Shown: piece after piece, positions 1-6,171 of the stretch
How the letters are laid out: the number at the start of each line of letters is the position of its first letter
How positions within the stretch are numbered: the stretch's first letter is position 1
Assembly: GCA_016873215.1 (NCBI GenBank)
Contig: VGXU01000030.1
Location: 1-24,000 of the forward strand
From: Planctomycetota bacterium
GTDB taxonomy: Bacteria; Planctomycetota; Phycisphaerae; Sedimentisphaerales; Anaerohalosphaeraceae
Reading direction: 5' to 3'
Length of the DNA: 24,000 bases
Notes under the pieces: model-generated
Told to the model about the DNA's origin: nothing
The model's input: the letters and a program-made list of their open reading frames with translations, nothing else
Databases searched by the model: none
Program-made: the position numbers and the translations under genes

Positions 1-193
1 GAATGAGTTCCAGAATCGCCAGAGTGCCGTTGGATATAAAAAATATATAAGAACCGGCAAAATATCGGTGCAACAGGCGGCTTGAGAAGAATTGATCAAT
101 TAGTCAACTTTTTCAACAGCCCCACAGGCACGTCTCGGCTGGCGCCTCGCTTGTGCCAGTCCCCATTTTCCAACAAAAAAACCACATCTCGGC

Positions 194-220
194 TAAGTCG
201 GAGTGCAATTTGGCCGATAG
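194..220 (+). promoter_or_regulatory. Putative sigma-28 (FliA)-type promoter: TAAGTCGG-N11-GCCGATAG
   Basis: Read directly: TAAG at 194-197, 15 nt, then GCCGATAG at 213-220. The remembered enteric consensus is TAAAGTTT-N11-GCCGATAA and the Bacillus SigD form is TAAA-N15-GCCGATAT. It is intergenic, 31 bp upstream of the ATG at 251, and fliA is encoded in the same window. Confidence 0.55.
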
Positions 221-250
221 AACCTGCCGTATGATTATTTAGGCAGAGAT

Positions 251-721
251 ATGGACAGTTTATATCAATCAATATTATCCTCTTCACAGACGCTGCTGGG
301 GCAAATCGGCCGGGCGGTGCTGGCGGAACAGGCGGACTTTGGGCCGTTCTGGGTGCTGCTGGATGACCAGCGGGCGGTGTGTGCCGGCGATGAACAGCGG
401 CTGGCGGAGATGATTGACGATATCGCGTCTCTGCATCCGTTCTGTTCGCGGGTGGACGACGGTTTCGAGTCAGTGATGTGCCCGGCCAAAGACGGCGTGA
501 TTGCCATCGGGCATCTTGGCACGGAGCGGACGCATTGCGGGTATGCGTTATTGGCGCTGCCGGGCTATACGGCCGATACAGCACACGCCAATGCGGCGAT
601 GATTGAGATGCTGCTGGGCCAGATGAATCTGCTGGCGGATGTGATGGAGAAGAATAACCTGTTTCATCAGGAGCATTTAAGCCGGCTTTCGAAGCAGTCG
701 CCAGTGCTGGCGGAACGGTGA
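251..721 (+). CDS. Hypothetical protein, 156 aa, G+C-rich, no recognisable motif
   Basis: ATG start with a purine-rich AGGCAGAG stretch just upstream. Codons in this frame end strongly in G/C (ctg, gcg, cgg, gtg) and the amino-acid composition is balanced. The overlapping 214-aa minus-strand ORF (96-740) is Pro/Ala/Ser/Arg-rich, as expected for an antisense shadow. Confidence 0.65.
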   Translation: MDSLYQSILSSSQTLLGQIGRAVLAEQADFGPFWVLLDDQRAVCAGDEQRLAEMIDDIASLHPFCSRVDDGFESVMCPAKDGVIAIGHLGTERTHCGYALLALPGYTADTAHANAAMIEMLLGQMNLLADVMEKNNLFHQEHLSRLSKQSPVLAER

Positions 722-832
722 TAGAATTGCAGATTGTCAATTGACGATTGTAAAATGGGGGCCTTTTTGAGCAATTATAATCCTTTCGCTTGCGCTCCAG
801 GCTACTGTTTTGTGAATGAACCTCATTGGCCG

Positions 833-1177
833 TTATTTTGCCCTTTCAGGATGACAGGCGGGATGATTGTTCTTACCCCAGCCCGGCTGGGCTAAGTTAT
901 TCGGCCTTACAGGCCGCGGATTCAGAAGTCGGGGCGGATACTGAGTAAAATCGAAATTCGAAACCCGACCCGCCGTCGCCAAGGCTATGGCGGGAAAAAT
1001 CCGAAAGTGGGTGTACCCCCAGTTATACCACACATCCGTCCGGCGTTCCATCGCAATTCTATCATGGCCGGATGACCCTATAAAATCACGATCTGGTTCT
1101 CTTTCGGCCCATGTTTTATCTATCCCGTTTAACCCTAAGTCTATGTCCTGAATGGGATTCCAATTAAAACAAACCAC
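833..1177 (-). CDS. Doubtful hypothetical ORF, 114 aa, Trp-rich; possibly a gene fragment or non-coding
   Basis: Open frame only. The GTG start lies immediately after an in-frame TAG, with no Shine-Dalgarno. The C-terminal third is Pro/Arg/Asn-rich and looks non-coding. No motif recognised. Confidence 0.25.
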   Translation of the reverse strand: MVCFNWNPIQDIDLGLNGIDKTWAEREPDRDFIGSSGHDRIAMERRTDVWYNWGYTHFRIFPAIALATAGRVSNFDFTQYPPRLLNPRPVRPNNLAQPGWGKNNHPACHPERAK

Positions 1178-1222
1178 CTAATCAAAAATCTTTAAAAAAC
1201 TCATATTTTTTTAATATTTTTG

Positions 1223-1251
1223 TTGACGAATTTAAAAATATATTTTACATT
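1223..1251 (+). promoter_or_regulatory. Putative sigma-70-type promoter TTGACG-N17-TACATT for the MerR-like/FlgB-like operon
   Basis: TTGACG at 1223-1228 and TACATT at 1246-1251, 17-bp spacer, within an AT-rich intergenic region. A 7-bp inverted repeat ACATTTT...AAAATGT (1247-1269) overlaps the -10 element and the expected transcription start. Confidence 0.4.
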
Positions 1252-1308
1252 TTGCAAAAGGTAAAATGTGAAACACAGGTACACTACCCTTGTTCAGTTT
1301 GGCTTTAC

Positions 1309-1584
1309 ATGAGACAGAACGACAAAAGAGAATTTACAACGCCTCCCAAGCTGTATCGGATTGGAGATATCGTTCGCAGTACTCCGTTCACACGCCAGAC
1401 GATTCACAATTACACGACGATGGGACTTATTGAAGAGTCCGATTGGACCGAGGGCGGGCATCGTCTTTATGATGAGTCCGTTTTTGAAAAACTGCGGCGA
1501 ATTCAGCAACTTCAGGGAGACCAAAAGACCCTCGCCCAGATTCGCGATATGTTTCGCACAGAACGGATGCTGCAAATCTCATAG
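1309..1584 (+). CDS. Short MerR-superfamily HTH protein (about 91 aa), DNA-binding domain only
   Basis: YRIGDIVRSTPFTRQTIHNYTTMGLIEESDWTEGGHRLYDESVFEKLRRIQQLQ matches the MerR-type HTH/wing pattern (Y.I.e.a...gv...tir.Y...GLi.p.r...g.R.Y....l..L..I). There is no effector-binding C-terminal domain. The ORF track starts at TTG 1252; the first ATG is 1309. Confidence 0.7.
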   Translation: MRQNDKREFTTPPKLYRIGDIVRSTPFTRQTIHNYTTMGLIEESDWTEGGHRLYDESVFEKLRRIQQLQGDQKTLAQIRDMFRTERMLQIS

Positions 1585-1614
1585 AGGTTGACAGAAAAAA
1601 CCAGGATGGTGACT

Positions 1615-2043
1615 ATGAAAGTAAAAACGGCCCCCGCTACAACCGACAATATCACGGATCTGCTGAACCGGATTATTGATTTTACCGAACGGCGCAAAGA
1701 AGTCCTGTCTCACAATTTGTCCGATTGTCAGAGCGCCGATTTTGTACCGAAAGATTTGCCGGTACAAGAATTTGCGGACACCCTGACTTATGCGCTGGCC
1801 GAACATATCCGCAACAAGCGATTGCTTCTGGAAGACCGGCAAAACGTGCATTTTTACAGTCAGGGGGATTTCGACGCCTCTGCGGTGACGGACAACGACG
1901 CGATGGCCCTGCTGGAAAGTAATTTGCAGGGGTATATTCAGGGACAAATTCGTAAATTGTCCGAAAACCTGATTCATAACCGACTGGCGGGGGAATTACT
2001 GCGGCAAAAACGTCAAAAAGAGACGGCCTTTACCGGTTTGTAA
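1615..2043 (+). CDS. Divergent FlgB-like (flagellar rod family-like) protein or hypothetical protein
   Basis: The ORF follows the MerR-like gene by 3-30 nt. AGGA at 1602-1605 favours ATG 1615; alternatives are TTG 1588 and ATG 1606. The N-terminal segment RRKEVLSHNLSDCQSADFVPKDL aligns by eye with the FlgB rod motif (..KV...NIAN..TPGYK.kdv.F). The C-terminal DAMALLESNLQGYIQGQ resembles the rod-family C-terminal helix. The signature residues are not conserved. Confidence 0.45.
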   Translation: MKVKTAPATTDNITDLLNRIIDFTERRKEVLSHNLSDCQSADFVPKDLPVQEFADTLTYALAEHIRNKRLLLEDRQNVHFYSQGDFDASAVTDNDAMALLESNLQGYIQGQIRKLSENLIHNRLAGELLRQKRQKETAFTGL

Positions 2044-2184
2044 ACGTGTTAGCGGCATCGGCCTCGAAAAGCTACGTATTATTACCCGGGAAACAAACGG
2101 GTATTGACAATAAAATAGAGGATGGCTGGCTATGATTTGCTGCCAAGCCGGGACTTACAACAAGAGTATATCGAGGGAGCGGCA

Positions 2185-3033
2185 ATGAATGCCAGCCGAA
2201 TAAGCGCTTTACGGCACAGAACGGACGCCCATGCAGAACGGGCGATGGTGCTGGCGATTACCAGCGGCAAGGGCGGCGTCGGCAAAACCAACGTCGCGGC
2301 CAATTTGTCGATTTGTCTGGCCGGCGCCTTTAAGCGTGTTTTGCTGATGGACGCCGATCTTGGATTGGGCAACCTTGATGTGGTGATGAATCTCAACAGC
2401 CGATACAACCTGAGCCACGTATTAGCCGGGCGAAAAAGTATAGAAGAGATTATTCAACTGACCTCCACCGGCGTGGAGGTGATTTGCGGCGGCTCCGGCA
2501 TTGAAGAATTGGCCAACATCAGCCCATTTCAGCGTCAGCGGCTGGTGGATGAACTGGACAGGCTTGGGCATCGGGCGGACGTGATTGTGATTGATACCGG
2601 GGCCGGGATTCACACTACTGTTGTGGGTTTTTGCATGGCGTCGGACCATACGCTGGTGGTGACGACGCCTGAACCGACGGCGATGACCGATGCGTATGCG
2701 ATGATTAAAGTGCTGGCAGGCAAACATTATACCGGCCGAATCAGTTTGCTGGTCAATATGGCCGACAGCATCGGCGAGGGCCGAAAAACCTATCGGCAAC
2801 TCGCTGAGGTCGCGGCGCGATTCCTGAATACGCCGGTGTATGACGGCGGAGTTTTATGCCGGGATGAATTGGTCAGCAGCGCGGTTCGCCGGCGGGAACC
2901 GGTGGTTCTGGCATACCCCCGCTCATTGATTGCGGATTGTTTCGCGACAATCAGCGCCAGATTGGGCAATATCCGCCGGACTGAACCGGAAACAACAGGA
3001 TTTTTCCAAAAAGTTGTAAATTGGCTCTTTTAA
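2185..3033 (+). CDS. flhG: MinD/ParA-family ATPase FlhG (flagellar number/placement regulator)
   Basis: Deviant Walker A ITSGKGGVGKTNVAANLS. Walker B-like DVIVIDTGAG. C-terminal amphipathic tail GFFQKVVNWLF, typical of a MinD/FlhG membrane-targeting helix. Sits immediately upstream of fliA. The GAGGGAG Shine-Dalgarno favours ATG 2185 over the track start at 2122. Confidence 0.85.
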   Translation: MNASRISALRHRTDAHAERAMVLAITSGKGGVGKTNVAANLSICLAGAFKRVLLMDADLGLGNLDVVMNLNSRYNLSHVLAGRKSIEEIIQLTSTGVEVICGGSGIEELANISPFQRQRLVDELDRLGHRADVIVIDTGAGIHTTVVGFCMASDHTLVVTTPEPTAMTDAYAMIKVLAGKHYTGRISLLVNMADSIGEGRKTYRQLAEVAARFLNTPVYDGGVLCRDELVSSAVRRREPVVLAYPRSLIADCFATISARLGNIRRTEPETTGFFQKVVNWLF

Positions 3034-3072
3034 ATGAAGTTGCCTGACAGAAACGTCGATACGAGTACGCTG

Positions 3073-3100
3073 CGGCGGCGATGCTATAATCCCGCCGCCG
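3073..3100 (+). promoter_or_regulatory. 8-bp G+C stem-loop (CGGCGGCG/CGCCGCCG) whose loop carries an extended -10 element TGCTATAAT
   Basis: Read directly: stem 3073-3080 pairs with 3093-3100. The 12-nt loop contains TG-C-TATAAT (3082-3090). No T-run follows. It lies in the flhG-fliA intergenic region. Confidence 0.35.
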
Positions 3101-3181
3101 AAAGAAACTTGAAAACAGGCTCTTATCGGACGTGAACAGGTGAGTGAAAAATACAAACAACAGACATGGAGGTCTTATACT

Positions 3182-3964
3182 ATGCGTGGGGCCCGGTCAA
3201 AAAATATAGAACAGGTATGGCGTGACTTTTTCGCCAGCCACAGTGAAGCATCTCGCAATATTTTGCTGGAACATTACCTGCCCATCGTCAAGTACACCGC
3301 AGATCGGATTTGCACCAAACTGCCGGACAAGGTGGAGTTGGACGATTTAGTCAGTTCGGGAATTTTTGGCCTCAAAGACGCTATCGAAGCCTTCGACCCC
3401 AACCGCGGCGTGAAATTTGAAACGTACTGCACGCCGCGAATCCGCGGCAGTATTCTCGACGAACTGCGGAATATGGACTGGGTGCCGCGCTTAGTGCGCG
3501 CCCGGGCACATCGCCTTGAAAGGGCCATGCAATCGCTCGAAGCCCAGTTGGGCCGGATTCCCACGGAACGGGAAGTCGCCAATAAACTGAATATCGATAT
3601 GGAAGAATTTCACCGGCTTCAGCGGGATGCCTGCGCTACCGGATTGGTATCGCTGAATAATAAATTCAACGAAAACGAGGGCGAAAAAGACGTCCGTGAA
3701 ATCGATATTATCGAAGACCAGCGAAGCCAGAACCCGGTCATCGAAGCGCAGAAGCGTGATTTGAAAAACCTGCTGACCAAAGGATTAACCCGCGCGGAAA
3801 AGCTGATTATCATTCTGTACTATTATGAAGAAATGACGATGAAAGAAATCGGAGCGGTGCTGGATTTGTCGGAGTCGCGCGTTTCGCAGATGCATTCTTC
3901 CATCGTTGCCAGGCTGAAGGCACAAATGAACAGCCGGAAAAAGGAATTTGCGGTTTCGACATAA
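3182..3964 (+). CDS. fliA: RNA polymerase sigma-28 factor FliA/WhiG family
   Basis: Region 2 (LLEHYLPIVKYTADRI, DDLVSSGIFGLKDAIEAFDP..G.KFETYCTPRIRGSILDELR) and the region 4.2 HTH (MTMKEIGAVLDLSESRVSQMHSSIVARLK) are both present. Position after flhG fits. GGAGG at 3167-3171 favours ATG 3182; the track start is GTG 3140. Confidence 0.9.
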   Translation: MRGARSKNIEQVWRDFFASHSEASRNILLEHYLPIVKYTADRICTKLPDKVELDDLVSSGIFGLKDAIEAFDPNRGVKFETYCTPRIRGSILDELRNMDWVPRLVRARAHRLERAMQSLEAQLGRIPTEREVANKLNIDMEEFHRLQRDACATGLVSLNNKFNENEGEKDVREIDIIEDQRSQNPVIEAQKRDLKNLLTKGLTRAEKLIIILYYYEEMTMKEIGAVLDLSESRVSQMHSSIVARLKAQMNSRKKEFAVST

Positions 3965-3970
3965 GACTTT

Positions 3971-4000
3971 GCCACAGAGGGCACAGAGAACCACAGAGGT
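3971..4000 (+). repeat. Three tandem 10-bp units (G)CCACAGAGG / GCACAGAGAA / CCACAGAGGT in the fliA 3' UTR
   Basis: Read directly. Followed by ACAGATTGT/ACAGATTAC (4027-4044) and GAAAT/GAAT-rich low-complexity sequence running up to the terminator. Confidence 0.8.
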
Positions 4001-4114
4001 AAAAAGGCAGGGAGCCACAAATTTAACAGATTGTACAGATTACACAAAAAATTCTGTCATAGCGGCAAGGACAGAAATCCGAATCACCGAAATTCAGAAT
4101 TCCAAAACAAAAAA

Positions 4115-4138
4115 GGCCGACAGATGTCGGTTTTTTTT
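4115..4138. terminator. Bidirectional rho-independent terminator between convergent fliA and ftsI
   Basis: A-run, then stem CCGAC (4117-4121) / GTCGG (4126-4130) with loop AGAT, then T8 (4131-4138). On the opposite strand the same hairpin is followed by CCTTTTTTGTTTT. Confidence 0.75.
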
Positions 4139-4190
4139 ATTTAAATACCTCCTCACAAGTTTCCTTTGACACAGCAACAAGGGAAAAAAT

Positions 4191-5891
4191 TTATAATTCG
4201 CCGTTGAGGTAGTGCAGTGTTTTTTGGATGATTTCGCCGGCCACGGGCGAAGCAACACGGCCGCCGCTATAGCCGAGGTTCAAGGCGCGGTTGGGTTTGC
4301 GAATGGAAACCATCACCACAATCTTCGGGTCGATATCCGGCGCCCCGCCGACAAACGATGCGATATAATTGGACGTGTCATAACCTCCCGTCGGCAGCGC
4401 GATATTGGCCGTGCCGGTCTTACCCCAGACCTGCACCTCATCAAGGTCGGCCTTGTCGCCGGTGCCTTCTTCCACAACGCCCACTAAAGCCTTGCGTATA
4501 ATCCAGTTCGCCACCTCCGGCTTAACAATAAATCCCGTATTGCCGGAAGGACGATGCATCTCCGTCATATTGCCCTGTGCATCCACCGCCGCACGCACGA
4601 TGTACGGTGTGACAAGACTGCCGCCGTTGGCGAGGATGCAATAGGCCCGGCAAATCTGAATCGAATTAACCAGAATTTCGTGGCCGAAAGGAATGCGAGT
4701 GACGGTGTAGCCGCTCCATTTGGAAATCGGATGAAGCTGGCCCGGCTCTTCGCCCGGCAAATCGACGCCCGTTTTTTGGCCGAAGCCGAACAATTTCATT
4801 CCTTCGTATAAGCGTTTCTGGCCCATCGCAAGGCCGACTTTGGCCATGCCGATGTTGCTCGAATGAATCAGAATCTCGCGTATCGTGAAGCTGCCGTAGC
4901 GATGATTGCCAAATTCGCCGATGCGGTATTTGCCCCAATAGCCGTCTTCACAATAAAAGACCTGCTTGTAATCGATAGCGCCGGTGTCGAGGGCGATAGA
5001 CGCGACGATGGGTTTAATAATGCTACCCGGCTCGTAAGGGTCTGTCAGGATGCGATTTTTCAGGCGCTGCGGTTTTTCGGTATTGAACCTGGCCGGGTCG
5101 AAATCCGGCAGCGATACCAACGCCAGAATCGCGCCGGTATGGGGACTCATCACAATGCCTGTCGCCGATTCCGCCTGGTACTCCTTCATTTTGCTTTCGA
5201 GCGCAGCCCGCGTGAACTGCTGAATGGCCGAGTCAATCGTCAGTATCAGGCTCTGCCCGTCAACGGCCGGACGCGACTGGTCGGGACGGTACGCGATTGG
5301 ACTTCGCGACACATCCACCAGAAACATATTCTGCCCTTCCTGCCCTTGCAGTATTTCATTGTATTTTAATTCCAGCCCGGCCAGGGCCATGTCGGCGGCG
5401 CCGATAAAACCGACGACGTGGCCGGTCAGATTGCCCATTGGATAATAGCGTCGCCATTGATTCTGGATTCCCACGCCGGGCAGGTTTAATTTCATCACCG
5501 CCTGCCGCTGAGCGAACGTCAGGCCGGTCTGAATGGAGACATAACCGGGGTTTCCGCTTTCATAAACCATCCGGCAGATTTCCGGGCCGGGAAGAAGAAC
5601 AATATCCTGAAGTTTCATCGCCGTTTCTTTGAGCTTTTCCGGGTCGGGCAAACGCCGGGGTTCAATAAACAATTCATCGCTGGTATTACTGGCAGCCAAG
5701 ACGTTGCCGCGGCAATCTACCATAGTTCCGCGCAGCGCATGCAGCGGGAGAACAGAGTTCTGGCGGCGCCGGCTGGTTTGCATAAAATATTCCGACTGCT
5801 GAAACTGAAGCTGATACAGCCGCCAGCCCAGCAGTCCAAACGACGCTAGTAATCCCGTCAACAGGAAAGCGATGGTGATTTTGGTTCTCAT
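4191..5891 (-). CDS. ftsI: Class B penicillin-binding protein / peptidoglycan D,D-transpeptidase FtsI
   Basis: N-terminal TM anchor. The transpeptidase motifs SxxK (GSIIKP), SxN (HSSNIG) and KTG (GKTGTA) occur in the correct order. It follows ftsL with an ATGA start/stop overlap at 5888-5891. Confidence 0.9.
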   Translation of the reverse strand: MRTKITIAFLLTGLLASFGLLGWRLYQLQFQQSEYFMQTSRRRQNSVLPLHALRGTMVDCRGNVLAASNTSDELFIEPRRLPDPEKLKETAMKLQDIVLLPGPEICRMVYESGNPGYVSIQTGLTFAQRQAVMKLNLPGVGIQNQWRRYYPMGNLTGHVVGFIGAADMALAGLELKYNEILQGQEGQNMFLVDVSRSPIAYRPDQSRPAVDGQSLILTIDSAIQQFTRAALESKMKEYQAESATGIVMSPHTGAILALVSLPDFDPARFNTEKPQRLKNRILTDPYEPGSIIKPIVASIALDTGAIDYKQVFYCEDGYWGKYRIGEFGNHRYGSFTIREILIHSSNIGMAKVGLAMGQKRLYEGMKLFGFGQKTGVDLPGEEPGQLHPISKWSGYTVTRIPFGHEILVNSIQICRAYCILANGGSLVTPYIVRAAVDAQGNMTEMHRPSGNTGFIVKPEVANWIIRKALVGVVEEGTGDKADLDEVQVWGKTGTANIALPTGGYDTSNYIASFVGGAPDIDPKIVVMVSIRKPNRALNLGYSGGRVASPVAGEIIQKTLHYLNGEL

Positions 5892-6148
5892 TGCGATTTT
5901 TTCTTTTTCAGCGATTTGGATTCCGCCGACACAGGGACATATTCCAGCAAGCGACGGGGACTGATCAGAGATTCAAAACGCAACTGCAGGCCCCGCAGTT
6001 CCTGGCGCAGGATTTTCTGCTGCGCCTCAGCTTTGCAGTATTGATTAAACACCCGGCTCCTGGTGGTGCGGATATGAATGGTAAAAATCAGGACGGCGGT
6101 CAGAAAAAACGCGATAAATACCAGGCGTGGCCGGCTCGGCAGAGTCAT
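5888..6148 (-). CDS. ftsL: FtsL-like cell-division protein (single TM helix plus coiled coil), 86 aa
   Basis: TM helix LVFIAFFLTAVLIFTIHI followed by the heptad-like QQKILRQELRGLQLRFESL. Canonical position directly upstream of, and translationally coupled to, ftsI. Confidence 0.7.
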   Translation of the reverse strand: MTLPSRPRLVFIAFFLTAVLIFTIHIRTTRSRVFNQYCKAEAQQKILRQELRGLQLRFESLISPRRLLEYVPVSAESKSLKKKKSQ

Positions 6149-6171
6149 AAATTATTATCTCGGGCAAAATC

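Noticed and set aside
2-85. Open + strand frame running from the window edge to TGA at 83-85 (...NEFQNRQSAVGYKKYIRTGKISVQQAA*), possibly the 3' end of an upstream gene
   Set aside because: Only 27 codons are visible and there is no motif. An open frame of this length is expected by chance, so it is not reported as a feature.
96-740. 214-aa minus-strand ORF, the longest ORF in the first kilobase
   Set aside because: It exactly overlaps the + strand ORF 251-721. Its translation is Pro/Ala/Ser/Arg-rich with runs typical of the antisense frame of a G/C-ending-codon gene. The + strand product has normal composition and a promoter plus start context.
88-757. Related ATTG-repeat/palindromic motifs bracketing the G+C-rich ORF: ATTGATCAATTAGTCAAC (91-108, contains the palindrome TTGATCAA) and ATTGTCAATTGACGATTG (733-750, contains the palindrome GTCAATTGAC)
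   Set aside because: The similarity needs gaps and rests on TTGA(C/T) cores that also occur in ordinary -35-like hexamers elsewhere (2103, 9399, 9432, 9460). They are too short and AT-rich to separate cassette boundaries or a shared operator from chance.
741-1250. Possible riboswitch or ncRNA (for example a c-di-GMP class, given the flagellar context) in the gene-poor stretch around the doubtful ORF 833-1177
   Set aside because: Only short isolated hairpins (CCCAGC/GCTGGG at about 879-893, CGGCC/GGCCG at about 902-916) and an 11-bp palindrome (951-961) are present. I saw no nested multi-stem architecture or known riboswitch core motif on either strand.
4166-4197. Perfect TTGACA (4166-4171) and perfect TATAAT (4192-4197) on the + strand, pointing antisense into the 3' end of ftsI
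   Set aside because: The spacer is 20 bp, too long for an unassisted sigma-70 promoter. It has no dyad symmetry that would suggest a MerR-type operator. The TATAAT overlaps the ftsI stop codon, and no credible + strand gene follows. An antisense RNA cannot be excluded but is unsupported.
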